Shown here: in pieces, positions 1 to 12,308 of the stretch
Position numbering within the stretch: position 1 is the stretch's first letter
Layout of the letters: the number at the start of each line of letters is the position of its first letter
Assembly: GCF_001194135.2 (NCBI RefSeq)
Contig: NC_068985.1
Location: 34,364,733-34,424,252, forward strand
Length of the DNA stretch: 59,520 bases
Source: Octopus bimaculoides
Lineage: Eukaryota
Reading direction: 5' to 3'
Position numbers and translations under genes: made by a program
The notes under the pieces: generated by a model
What the model was told of the DNA's origin: nothing
Databases searched by the model: none
What the model saw: only the letters and a program-made list of their open reading frames with translations

Positions 1-823
1 GCATGGAAAGCGGACGTTAAACGATGATGATGATGATGATGATGATTGAAAATGTATTTTCTTTTTAAAAGCAAAAATAATTTTATATATTTTGTTATAT
101 TCTATTAAACATAGTTCAATATTAAATTTTACTCTAATTAAATTAAGTATATAAGACCAATTATTGAATTATTAAATTGATTAATAATTTAATAGTTATA
201 TAAAAGTGCATATAAGACTGATTTTATCTAGTTTTCTAATGAATTGTTTGTTTGTTTTCGGGGTAGCCTCAGCCTCTCACCTCCCTTTTGATTCCCCATT
301 TTAGTTTGAATATACTTCTTGAGGTCCTTTTAATTATAGGTTTTTTGAAAATAAATCCTATACTCATATGTGAAGAAAAAGTTTTCCTGATGGCTTGGGT
401 TCAGTTTGAATGATTGATCAATGATTTAACTTGGTGGATCGACCTTTCCACCCTCGCCTCTGATGCTTTGGATCTAGATAGAATATTTATGATAATTAAA
501 GTAACTTATAAAAACTTAGGTAAAATGAAGTAAAAAGAAGTAGATACTTGCACACTAACGATGCAGAAAAATATAATTAAACATGAAAGTACGGAATCAA
601 GAGCAGAAGTAGGATGAGATAAGAAGAGAGAAAGAAAGAAGTGGTATAATTTGACAAAACAAAAAAGAAAAATGAATCTTAAAGAGACTTGTACAGATGT
701 TAACCAGTTAGCATGGACGTTGTTGATTTTGACATTTGCTTTATGACTTACAGTGCAGCAACAAAATATTTAAATATCCTTTCCAAACAATAAATAACCC
801 ATTTTTAATCTAATTTCATGAAG

Positions 824-883
824 GTGTGGAGCATCATTATTTTGAAGTTTGTGAGCACCAAAATATATGCCCAAAACTGCCTG
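824..883 (+). CDS. Coding exon (type A, 60 nt, phase 1-1) of an unnamed Tyr-motif tail gene; xVEHHYFEVCEHQNICPKLP
   Basis: Acceptor atttcatgaag|, donor |gtaaat, length divisible by 3, open frame. Codon-aligned with exon type B (EHQNIC vs EPKYVC). Near-identical copy at 2787-2846. Confidence 0.7.
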
Positions 884-1060
884 GTAAATATAACAGACAT
901 TGATAGCACACAACATGACTTTAGAATAGTCTAAAACATGAATAGAAAGCTAACAACCATATTTTGAATTAGCTCTCTTTTTACTTTTGTTCATATGTGA
1001 GTGTTTGTATCTTGGTATTCATTGTAGTAGTGTCTGCTCATTACTAGCATATTTTAGATG

Positions 1061-1852
1061 TCAGGAATTCCAACCACATTTTGTGGTTCACCACCTCAAC
1101 AGCCCCTTTGTAGGATCCAGTGGCTAAAGACATCATCAGGAGAAACCACGTCCAGTTTCAGCCCCTACTTGTCAACCGTTTTTGATGTGGTGGTCCCCTC
1201 ACCTTTCGGAGGTGTCTTCAGCTCTGGTGTTGAATGCGTTTCTTCTTTCTCCTTTTTTCTTTTGTTCTTTGGTTTCTTCAATGCAGTGTCAACGAATGTC
1301 AGCAGGCAACTGACCATCCTGCCAAAATTCCCTTCAAATACTTGCCAGTAGGCTCCAGCAGTCAACACCAGCTAACTGTCACTTGACACTGTCTAAGCTT
1401 CATCTGACCAATGGAGTTTTAGCATATGCCCTCTTTAAATCTGCCTTCCAACAGTGTCGTGTTAGTTTCATTTCTAGCAGCCAGATCTGACCAGCTGTTT
1501 AGTGGTACAAGTCTTCAAACCAGAGGGAGGGCATGCAAAGAACAAGATCGTTACCTTGGCCCAAATGTCAATCAGTGATGCTGCTTAAGTGTCAGCCAGA
1601 CTCACCTAGCAATGCTATTTCCCACTCAGCATGTTATAGCTTTCAAGCCATTTTGGATCTTCTCACTTCAGCCATATATAGAAGCTGGCTTTTTCGACTG
1701 CCTCTTGTATCCTCCTTATTACTTTTCTCAGCTCTGAGCTCGAAAATGCAAACCTTCTTTTAAATAATGTCGTCATTTTCCTTTCAATGAAGCCCCTAGC
1801 CTCCATTGCCAGGTGGTAATACTCGACAGTCCATCCCTGTTCTCTGCACTCT
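1061..1852 (-). mobile_element. 3' fragment of a HERO/R2-superfamily (RLE) non-LTR retrotransposon inserted in an intron
   Basis: ECREQGWTVEYYHLAMEARGF...IRRIQEAVEKASFYIWLK resembles the RLE C-terminus of HERO-type elements. The segment is absent from the paralogous intron at 3030-3040. Confidence 0.65.
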
Positions 1853-2302
1853 TGTTTTGTGTTCACTTTTTAATCCCTTGAAGATCTCAATATGCATTTC
1901 TTTTATGTAATTTCTATAAAAAAAAAAAATTAGCATTTTGTGGATAGAAAAGAATTTTGAGTATTTTACTTTATGGAGGAACCTTCTCTCCAAACACTAA
2001 ATTTGATATGCCATATCTATCAAAACTGATCTTTCTGTTTTTTCATAAGAAATGAATTTATGAGGCAATATTTTTCTGTTTTTCAATACATCTATGAGAA
2101 GATGAAGAGCTTATACTTTACATTCAGTTTGACTGTATTTCAAATATATTTTCTTTCTCAATACATGTTTATATAGAGATGCTTATATACAAAATATACA
2201 TTATAAGATATCTTTACTACTTTCCGTGCAATATTGAAACACTTAAAATATCCTAACAATAAATACACCCATTTTATATTAAATTTCTTTTAGTTTTTGA
2301 AG

Positions 2303-2353
2303 ACGAAGATGTTGGAGATAGTGAGCCCAAATATGTATGCATGAAACAACCCA
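2303..2353 (+). CDS. Coding exon (type B, 51 nt, phase 1-1); DEDVGDSEPKYVCMKQP (YxxM motif)
   Basis: tttcttttagtttttgaag| acceptor, |gtaagt donor, open frame continuous with flanking exons. Confidence 0.8.
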
Positions 2354-2786
2354 GTAAGTATGAATCAATATTGGAAGTACACAGCACGCCTTCAGAATAG
2401 TGCAAAACCTGAAAAGAATGCCAACACTAACGTTTTTCTATTGATGTGTGTATGTGAGAAGCCTTCTCTCCAAGCACTAACTTTGAAATGCCATATTAAG
2501 TAAAATTAGACGTTCTTTGTCCTTATTTGTTCATAGTAAATGAATTTATTAGACATTATTTTCCTTTTCTGAATACATCAATGAGAGGAGGAGATGAAGA
2601 ACTCATACTGTACTCTAAGTTTGACAGGATTTCAAATAATTTTTTTTACCTAATACACGTTTATATATAAAATAAGTGTTGCAATATATTTTGTCATTTG
2701 CTTTATGACTTGCAGTACAGCAACAAAATATTTAAAACACTTTTTCCAAACAATAAACAACCCATTTTTAATCTAATTTCATGAAG

Positions 2787-2846
2787 GTGTGGAGCATCAT
2801 TATTTTGAAGTTTGTGAGCACCAAAATATATGCCCAGAACCTCCTG
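2787..2846 (+). CDS. Coding exon (type A', 60 nt, phase 1-1); SVEHHYFEVCEHQNICPEPP
   Basis: Same splice sites as 824-883, open frame. Confidence 0.7.
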
Positions 2847-3486
2847 GTAAATATAACAGACATTGATAGTGTACAGCATGACTTTAGAATAGTCTAAATC
2901 ATGATTAGAAAGCTAACAACTATAATTTGAATTAACTCTCCTTTTACTTTTGTGCGTATGTAAGTGTTTGAGTGTATCTCAGTGGTATTCATTGTAGTAG
3001 TATCTGCTCACCACTAGCATATTTTAGATGTTATAATAATGTTTTGTGTTCATTTTTCAATCTCTTAATGATCTCAATATGCACTTCTTTTATGTAATTT
3101 CTATAACAAAATGCTAATTTTGTGGATGGAAAAAAATTATGAGTGTCATACTTTATGGAGAAACCTTCTCTCCAAACACTAAATTTGATATGCCATATCT
3201 ATCAAAACTGATCTTTCTGTTTTTTTTCATAAGAAATGAATTTATGAGGCAATATTTTTCTGTTTTTCAATACATCTATGAGAAGATGAAGAGCTTATAC
3301 TTTATATTCAGTTTGGCTGTATTTCAAATATATTTTCTGTCTCAATACATGTTTATATAGAGATGTTTATATACAAAATATACATTATAACATATTTTTA
3401 CTACTTTCTGTGCAATATTGAAACACTTAAAATATCCTAACAATAAATACACCCATTTTATATTAAATTTCTTTTAGTTTTTGAAG

Positions 3487-3537
3487 ATGAACATGCTGAA
3501 GATAGCGAGCCCAAATATGTATGCATGAAACAACCCA
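3487..3537 (+). CDS. Coding exon (type B', 51 nt, phase 1-1); DEHAEDSEPKYVCMKQP
   Basis: ttttagtttttgaag| ... |gtaagt; paralog of 2303-2353, frame preserved. Confidence 0.8.
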
Positions 3538-3768
3538 GTAAGTATGAATTAATATTGGAAGTACACAGCATGCCTTCAGAATAGTGCAAAACTTAAATAG
3601 AATGCTAACACTGACTTTTTTCTGTTGATGTGTGTATGTGTGTGTGCACATGTATGCGATTATTTCAGTGTGTCTTTAATATTTATTCTGGTAGTATTAG
3701 CACACTTCTAACATATCTTAAATATTATTTACAGCTATGTTATTTATTTTCCTTTATATTTCTTAAAG

Positions 3769-3810
3769 ACTTGGATGCTGTTTATGTTAACATTCCAAAG
3801 AAACCTGATG
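3769..3810 (+). CDS. Coding exon (type C, 42 nt, phase 1-1); NLDAVYVNIPKKPD (YVN motif)
   Basis: Polypyrimidine tract plus ttaaag|, |gtaagt donor; paralog at 8563-8604. Confidence 0.8.
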
Positions 3811-4334
3811 GTAAGTATTTAAATGTATTGCAGGACAAGTTAGTAACAATTTTGGCTCATTCTTTCTTTGAATAGAACATACAGCTTAATATGTTGGTAG
3901 GATTGCAATTTAAACTTTAAAAATGATGGAAATCCATTGAATATATGATAAACATCTTGTAGGCATTCATTTGTACCTCCAATATTTTACCATTTTATTA
4001 ATCCAGTTTGTAAAACAATTTTCTGTAAGTTTCAGTTGTACAGCAAATAAACCAAATAATGATATAAGTAGTATTGCATTCACTAAATATTTGCATTGAA
4101 ATTAGACAAAATAGTTTGGGAGAGATTTGCAACTGGGAGAGTTCTACACCTTTATCATTTATTTTTGATGAGTAGCCACATTCACTCCTGCTTATGGACA
4201 CTTCTGACATGAAATTAATATTGGAAAGTGTCTTATTTCTGTAGACATATTTGTGAGCAATTTCTCTTAATGGTAACTTTTAAATATCAGTAAAATATTT
4301 GATGACTGATATAGTAGAATGCTGTCAAATCCCT

Positions 4335-4760
4335 TTAACCCTTAAATGGTGTGGACATCACCAATTGATATTTCATTAGAGAACAGCAAACGTCATCAAC
4401 TGATGTTTTATTAGAGAACAGGGGGCATCATCAATTGAGTTTAAAAAAATTTTGCATGAATACAGCCATCTTCAAGTAACACCTGAGCATCTACTTCATC
4501 AAATGCATCTAAGTGTAAGTGGCCCTTACTGATGAGAGAAATCAAGTCATAACTGGAATATCTATACAATGATGAAGAAGATTTTTCTGGGTTGTTTTCA
4601 TCATCAGATGAGTTAGATTATGATGATGATGATGATGATGATGATGATACTCTAGGAATCACAGAAGAAAGTGATGCTTCAACTAGCTCTGGATGTGAAA
4701 AATACACTGATTTTCCCCATGTGTACAACAATGTAGAACAACAATGCTGAAATCTCAAAT
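4335..4760 (+). mobile_element. Possible piggyBac 5' fragment
   Basis: TTAA|CCCTT start exactly where homology to the paralogous intron (about 9125) stops. Degenerate acidic N-terminus (LYNDEEDFSGLFSSSDELDYDDDD). No right TIR found. Confidence 0.4.
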
Positions 4761-6122
4761 GATTTTGGCTAAAATGATTTTATTACCTTTTAGTCTTTAT
4801 TTTAATAATCTAAGAGAAGTAAAATATTGTTTCCTTAGTTTTTGTAGTAACTTAAAGTGAAAATAAGTATAAAAATTATCCTTAAGAAAAAATGTTTTTG
4901 TTTTTGCCTTGTTGACACATGTATTCAAACAACCTTTTCCTAGCCACTGTTTAAAACTTAAAGTAAATTTTGTTCTGTGAGCAATTCTCCCACACATAAA
5001 TACTACTTTTATATAATATCTCTACTAAAATTAGCATTTTTTGCTTCTATAATAATAAAAGCAAAATTCTGTCTCTCTCTCTGGGATCCCTGTATCTCAG
5101 TCTGAATTTGCTCCACATAGACATAATATACCTTTTTGGAGTCAGTATGATCACAGGATTGAAAATCTGCCCTTCATTTGGCTCTTGAACATACATTATT
5201 AGGATCTGATTTAAAAGCATTTGGGTTGCCATTTCTAGCAGTTAAAGTTTAGCTGATTCATGCCATCTTGGTTGGCATTTGTCAGATGACATCAGAGGAG
5301 AAGATAAATGACATTTGCTTCATTAATTTTACATTGAGATGAAAAATCTGGGACAAATTGGTTAACAGTTGGAATTCAACTTGGGACTGACACAATAGAA
5401 TGATCGCATTACAGAATTAATTCTCATCTGTCTTTAACCTCTGATCAAACACTACTGAGACATATAGTCATTATAGTATGATAATCATGCTACTTAGCTC
5501 TGTTTAGTTTTGAGCCACAGGCCCAATTAGCCCTCCACAGGAGCTAGCTTAAAAGTCTGCACAGAGTGCTGCCTTTATACTAGTATGGAATATAATTTAA
5601 GAACCACTTTACTGAAGAACTTTCTTTCCAAGCACTAACTCTGAAATGCTATATTTACCAAAATTAGGCTTTCTTTCCTCTTTACTTTTTCATAGCAAAT
5701 GAATTTATTAGGTATTAGTACACTCTTTTAAAATACATCAAAGCAAGGATGAAAAACCTATACTTTACACTCAGTTTGGCTGTATTTCAAATATTTTTTG
5801 TTTCCAAGTACATGTTTATCTATATGATATAATATACATTACAATATATTTTATTATTATGACTTTTGCTATTTCTGTGCAACATCAAAATAATTAAAGC
5901 TTCTTCTACAAACAATAAATATCCCATTATTTACATTTGACAGATATTTGTCCTCATCTTGTTTCCTCCTCCTCCTCCTNNNNNNNNNNNNNNNNNNNNN
6001 NNNNNNNNNNNNNNNNNNNNNNNNNNNNNNNNNNNNNNNNNNNNNNNNNNNNNNNNNNNNNNNNNNNNNNNNNNNNNNNNNNNNNNNNNNNNNNNNNNNN
6101 NNNNNNNNNNNNNNNNNNNNNN

Positions 6123-8395
6123 ACTCAACAACAACAACAACATTTAGCACCTGCTTACCATGCTGGCATGGATTAGGTGGTGCCACAGGAAGTGGCAAGT
6201 CAGAAGTAGCACCAATTCCTGCTGTCTGCTTTAGCATGGTTTCTATGGCTGGATGCCCTTCCTAACACCAATCATTTTACAAAGTGTACTGGTTGCTTTT
6301 ACATGGCACCAGCAGCAGTGAGGTCACCAGGTAACTAGCAAGACAAGACCCCTCACCTGAAGGTGGGAGAAATATTGAGGGACAGAAAAATGAGTCATGC
6401 ATTAGAGAAGAAATGTGACTGCCTCAGGTGGAGTGTGAGTGGAGAGAGAAAGGAGAGAGAGAGAAGATGAAGGTGTGAGGGTGAGTGGATTGGAGGTGAG
6501 TGTGAGTGAGTTCACAAGATTGTGAAAGGAGAGTGGTGGATGGAGAGGGGATGTAATGAGTGGGAACAGTTAGAGGGAGGGGGTATGACAGGGTATGTTG
6601 TGGGAAAGAAATTCAATGGAGACATATTGCATGCAGGTAGGTATGTGAGGGAGGAGTGGGAGGGAATGCAATGGGTGGGGTGAGTGGTGGATGATGGGTT
6701 AATGAGAAATGTTGGATGATGGTTTGTGTGCATGAGGTGGGGCAGAGACATAAAAGACATGACTTTAGGACCTCAATTTTACTTAGCTGGCTAGGTTTTC
6801 TCGAGCACAGCAAATCACCAATGGTCTCAGTACTTTATGATCTCCTCTGTCATTCCTGGTGAAGATTATTTCTCACTATTTTGTCTCATGTCTTCCTGGG
6901 TCTACTCCTTCTACAAGTTCCCTCCACATTTAGAGATCAGCCCTTCTTTATGCAGCTGTCCTCATCCATATGCATCACATGACCATAGCAGCACAATCTT
7001 CTCTCTTCACTACATCTGATGTCACTTGTACCCAATTTTTCTCTTAAAAGATTTACACTTTGTCGAACCTCACACTGACATTGCACATCTAGCAGAGTTT
7101 GCCTGCTTCATTTCTTACAAGCCTTCACATGTCCTTTTCAGTCACAACCCATGTTTCACTGCCATATAGCACAGTTGTCCATACACATGCTTTATATAAT
7201 CTGCCTTTCACTCACAGAGAAAGACCCTTTGTTACCAACAACAGTAATAACTCTGAACTTTATCCAGCTGGTTCTTATTCTAGTAACTACACTTTCAGAG
7301 TATTTTTGTTTCCTGCTAATTTGGTCTCTAAGGATCTCTCTGGGCATTTGAGGAAGTCTATTTCCTGTGTATTCTTAGTGTTTATTGTACCTGCACATCT
7401 GTCACACACACAGACTACTTTCTCTGTTAATTTACCTCTGATTCCACTGTACTTCTAACTTGCAGTAGATACATTATAGGAAAATTCTACTTACACCTTT
7501 TATCCAGTATGACCATTTTCCTGAAGATATTAGTAATTTATTTGCACTCCTGCTTACTAGTACTTTAGTCTTTGCTAAGTTAACTCTAAGGCCATTTTTC
7601 ACTAAATGCTTCTCCTGCAGTTGCCTTATTAAGAAGATAGCATTTGTATCTCATCTATGTTAACTATTTTCCTAATTAGTTGAGCTATGACTTTCTCAGT
7701 AACTTTCATTTCCTGGTCCAGTAATTTGATACCTCTGTAATTACTTCTCTCTAAGGCATCACCTTTACCTTTGTAATAGTTGATTGTAACACTGCTGCAT
7801 CAGTTATTGGGTATGACCTCTTTCTGGACAACCTGATGGACTAAACTGGTGACTAGGCCATATCACACACTACCAGATACCTTAAGCATCTTGGTGATAA
7901 TTCTTGATAGACCAAGGGTTTTCCCCATCTTTATATCCTTAATTGCTTCACCTATCATGCTGCTTTCAACTCAGATAGCTAGTCCCTCTGTTGGACTCAG
8001 TTTAGGAAGATTCTCCTTCTCCCAGGCATTCTCCACATTTAGAGACACTACATTTTCTTTGAAGATTCTCTAAGTGCAAGTGTACCATCATCCATGCAGA
8101 CACATTTCTCTCCTACAACATCATTATTTTCTCTGACACTGTCTACAAATCCAAAACACCACACACCGCTTGACCTCACAGTGCAGAACACTGGCAAACG
8201 TCTTCCTTTCTACTTTTCCCCAAGCTAAATATACTCATCACTTAGCTTCCCTTCTAGCTACCTGGCATACTTATCTGCTATTCCCACTCGTTCACTCCTT
8301 TCAGGCCTATTTCTTTATGCTTATGGTTCTATTTCATTGTTCCACCACCATGTAACCCTAGGTCTGGTTGTAACTTTGCACCAGCTACAAATGGT
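6123..8395 (-). mobile_element. RTE-clade LINE (octopus-type family), degenerate and internally deleted, with CT-rich 3' UTR and simple-repeat tail
   Basis: Minus-strand remnants DVVGEKCVCMDDG and KGRLYKACVWTTVLYGSETW match the better-preserved copies at 56317-56870 and 58818-59520. Confidence 0.8.
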
Positions 8396-8562
8396 CCTCA
8401 ATAAGTTGTCCCATAGGAACATGTGCATATGTGAGTGTATGTGTGAGTGTGTGCATTTGAGCCCATTTTATTAGCATTTATTATTAGTGTCAACACACTA
8501 CTAACATATTTTAAATGTTATTTACGGCCATTGTTATTTATAATTTTTTACTTTTTTTAAAG

Positions 8563-8604
8563 TCATGGATGTTGCTTATGTTAATCTTTCAAGGAGACCT
8601 AATG
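8563..8604 (+). CDS. Coding exon (type C', 42 nt, phase 1-1); VMDVAYVNLSRRPN (VAYVNL fits ITIM consensus)
   Basis: actttttttaaag| ... |gtaact. Same length and frame as 3769-3810, with YVN retained despite divergence (TAT GTT AAC vs TAT GTT AAT). Confidence 0.75.
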
Positions 8605-9390
8605 GTAACTATATAAGCAATCTTTTATTAAAATTACTTTCATTAAAGCAAGAGTTAGAAAACATTTTGGCTCATTATTTGTTTGAATAGAATATACAGC
8701 TTAATAATATATGTGTGCATGTATTTAAAGAAGTCCCTTAAAATATTAAAATTTCATTGCTTGTATAAGCTACTTCTTGTAAACATTCATATATAACCAC
8801 GCTTTTGCACTTTTATTAATCCTTACTAACAGTCTAGTTCATTAATGTATTTTTTGTAACTTTTATTTATACAAAGAAACAAAAAAAGGATAACATTAGC
8901 CCTGAGTTATTAGACATGAGACACAAAGTATAAAGTAGGTTTGCAATGGTGAATATTTCGCACCTTGATCAGCTATTGTTGTTGAATACCCACAATCAGT
9001 CTTGCTTATAGATACCTTTGGCATGAAAATAATATTGGAAAATAGTGAATGGTTTCTCTTAATCTAATGTTACTATCTTTAAATATCAATAAAATATTTG
9101 AATAACAGAAATAGTAGAATGCCAAATTAAATACTTAGCATTATTTAATTTAGTCCCACTGCTTTCTGAGCTCAAATCCCATTGATGTCAATTTTGTCTT
9201 TCATTTTTCTATGATCAACATAATAAATATCAAAGGTCTACTAAGTTGTCTAATTTGTATTCACTGTGAAAAAAATCACTATTTTTAATGCTGTTTATGT
9301 AATTGCTTTTCTTTTTGTTAAGCTTTGTATTAACGTATATATTATATATATTCTATATTTATACTCAACTGTTATACTTGATATGTCTAG

Positions 9391-9446
9391 ACACTGTAAA
9401 TGATAGCCTGAATGACATTTATGAGAACAATAATCAAAGGAATGAG
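9391..9446 (+). CDS. Coding exon (56 nt, phase 1-0); DTVNDSLNDIYENNNQRNE (YEN motif)
   Basis: atgtctag| ... GAG|gtaaat; phase matches upstream (1) and downstream (0) exons. Confidence 0.75.
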
Positions 9447-10217
9447 GTAAATACATGTGTTTTTTATTGCCTTTTTATGTTTTGCTTTCTTGAAAGTAGA
9501 TAGTGTCAGAATAGTTGGGATATGATTAAGTTGTTTCTTCATATTGTAATTATTGTTACTCATGCTTTTATCCCTTTGACATTTAGATTAGTTTCTTAAA
9601 TGTAATATTTATTTATTAACATTGTTTTGAAATAATCATACATTATCTTGTAGTTTTGAGATTTTGGTGATGTGATTGTATATTTTTAGAATGACATTAT
9701 TGGGTAGGTATGAGAGACTGGAGCTGATCATTTTGAGTATAAAATGTAATATGGTTGGTTTGATTTACTGTATCTGAAATCAAACTGTTTTATTGATTTT
9801 TCTTCTTCCATGAAATTTTTTTGATGATGATGTCATGTATTGAAAAAACATGTTTCTAATATGTTTTAAAAGTAGAACTGTGCATTCAAAAAAATATACT
9901 AAACTATAGACATATATTAACATTTTCTTACTTTCTTTTTAATGTATTCTAAACTGACTATATCCATATGCAGAACAACTGTTTATAAAACTAGGCAAAC
10001 TAAAAGTAATAGCAAACTAAAACTTAAGCCTATGGAAAAAGAAATTGTTTATAATTATTATTGATGCTACATACTTAATGTATGCGCTTTGTTTAAAGAC
10101 TTTTAGGCTGTGATATTCTGTCAAGGGAAATTTCCTTTAAGACATAGTGTTAAGAAACATTATATCAAAATCAGGTGAAAGGAATCCGCACCATAGTTGA
10201 ATGAAAATGACAGATAT

Positions 10218-10487
10218 TGATATTTCACTGTTATTTCAGCTCATTGGTGTCATATATTTGAGTCACCCTCAAAATAAATTCAAATCACTGGTCTGATATA
10301 TATGCAAATAGTGCGAAATCTAAGTAAAACAAAATTTTTGAGTTAGATGTAGCACTGTGTGGCACTGTTGCACATCAGCTGATAGATTTTATGCCATTTG
10401 CATATGCATCAGACCAGCGATTTCAATTCATTTTGAGGGTGATTCAAATATATGGTATAGATAAGCCAAAATAACAACAAAATATCA
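10218..10487. repeat. Foldback/MITE-like element with about 105-bp imperfect inverted arms
   Basis: tatttgagtcaccctcaaaat..aaatcactggtctga vs tcagaccagcgatttc..attttgagggtgattcaaata. Confidence 0.75.
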
Positions 10488-10668
10488 CTATCTGTTGTTC
10501 CCATTTACCTATGGGGCAATTCATTTTGCCTGGTTTTGAGGTATACAGTGTATTTTAACATGTTACATCTTAAAGGGACTTTTCTTAGATGAAATACCAC
10601 AGCCTAAAAGCATTTAAACAAAATGCATACATTAAGTATTCTCAAAATTTAATTTATATGATTTCATA

Positions 10669-10931
10669 CCTATGGCACGTAAAAAGGACCGTTCAAGCAT
10701 GGTCGATGTCAGTGCCGCCTGACTGGCTCCCATGCTGGTGGAATCTAAAATGTGCCCTCTACACTCTCGGAGTGGTTGGTGTTAAGAAAGGCATCCAGCT
10801 ATAGAAACCTTGTCAGATCAGATTGGAGCCTGGTGCAACCTCCTGGCTTATCAGTCCTTAGTCAAACTGTTCAACCCATACTAGCATGGAAAGTGACATT
10901 AAACAATGATGATGATGATGATGATGATGAT
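10669..10931 (+). mobile_element. Short interspersed repeat ending gcatggaaa..ttaaac(gat)n, probably a 5'-truncated RTE 3' UTR. Other copies: 1-45, 18436-18693, 27584-27818, 41175-41367, 43860-44108, 48680-49227, 57985-58226
   Basis: Many diverged copies in the window with a (GAT)n tail; contiguous with the RTE ORF end at 55780-56870. Confidence 0.85.
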
Positions 10932-11007
10932 AATTTCATTGAACTGTGTATAATAAATAAATTATTTAGTTTCTTTTTACCTTTTCTTAGTTATGGTGAT
11001 ATATATA

Positions 11008-11736
11008 CGAGGTGGTATCAAAAAGTTCCTGGACTATTACTGTAGCCTTGCCAACAGATGGCAGCACACGGTTGCATGTGCAGTGGGAGCTAGCAGTGAC
11101 TTTCATGAGGCAGTGTGCCAAGTGACATCACTGTGTTTACTTTGCAAATTGTGAAATTTGTTTTTTTTTGTGATCATGTGTATGCTGTAGTCTGTGATTT
11201 TGTCATGGACATAAACAAAGAGCCAATATGAAATTTTGCATTAAACTTGGGAAGTCTGCTACAGAGACATTGAGCGTGCTTTGGTAAGCTTATGGTAAGA
11301 CAATGGGTCGTACACAATGTTTTGAGTGGTACAGGCCCTTCAAAAACAGGAATGTTCCTAGAAGATGATGAGTGATCTGGAAGACTTGCCATGAGCATCA
11401 CCCCTGTAAATGTGACATTGTGCATTGAGAATTTGTCCCCTAGGGCCAGACCATCAATAGAGAGTTCTAGTGTGGCATTTTAGCACCTGCAGACTTCCAT
11501 CTCTTCCCTGAGATGAAAATGCAGCTCAAAGGTCACTGTTAAGATCTAGAGTGAATTGCAGAAGGTCTTCGACTCACAGTAAATGACTTCTAGGCTAGAT
11601 TCCAAGAATAGCAAGAATGCTGGGACTGATATATTGTTGCACAAGGTGACTATTTCAAGGGAGATAATGTTAAAACTTAGGTAAATAAGTTATTTTTTTT
11701 ATTAAACTTGTCTGGGAACCTTCTGAATCCACCTAA
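11008..11736 (+). mobile_element. Mariner-family internally deleted element
   Basis: TA + TIR cgaggtggtatcaaaaagttcctggact, with a degenerate inverted copy at 11709-11734. Retains the HTH region and the APADFHLFP remnant. Confidence 0.85.
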
Positions 11737-12308
11737 TTTATGTACTAACATTTCATTGATATTCAGAGATAAAACTTGGATTTTTGATAGACTTCTAAAA
11801 ATACTGATGGAATTAGAGGAATTAAGTTTATTTTATTATTATTTTTATGTAACAAAATCTATCTTTAAAAATGGAGCAGTTTTCCTTCAATATACATTTC
11901 TGACATTTTTCTCACTTCAAAATAGTTTTCAACTGAATTGCATTTAGTCATTTCAATTCTTAAACACTTAGTTGTTAAATAAGGTGACAAAAAGACAAGA
12001 ACTTTTAGTTTATTTTATTTCCTGTCTTCATTAAATGCTACAAATTACTTCTTAGTTTCTGAGCTCACTCAGAAAATGGAAACATTTAACTGTATCATGA
12101 TGAATTCACATGCATTTTAAACTTTTACACAAGAATTGAATGTTCTTCAGGAATGGAAATCTCCAGAACATCTCACAATTAGAACCAATAACTTAATCTT
12201 GTTAAAGGTCATCTAAACACAATACTGCATATCTCGAGACAAAAGTCTATTACACCTTTTTCCTCATGAATATTTAAACTCATTGTAAATTCTAATGCTC
12301 TTCAGATA

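Larger units (their letters stand above)
735..9130 (+). repeat. Tandem exon-plus-intron duplications: 735-2450 (with insertion) vs 2700-3615; 3620-4325 vs 8420-9125; shared pre-exon intron block at about 1975, 2455, 3155 and 5612
   Basis: Long direct matches visible by eye, e.g. ctttatgactt..cagcaacaaaatatttaaa at 741 and 2701, and ttctctccaaacactaaatttgatatgcc at 1985 and 3167. Confidence 0.9.

Noticed and set aside
405-470. Possible intronic C/D-box snoRNA (atgatt...ctga)
   Set aside because: Box C is poor, there is no terminal stem and I recognise no rRNA-antisense guide.
4607-4750. Acidic stretch ending HVYNNV that could be another Tyr-cassette exon
   Set aside because: It has an AG acceptor in the right phase but no good donor, runs into a stop, and lies inside the piggyBac-like insertion.
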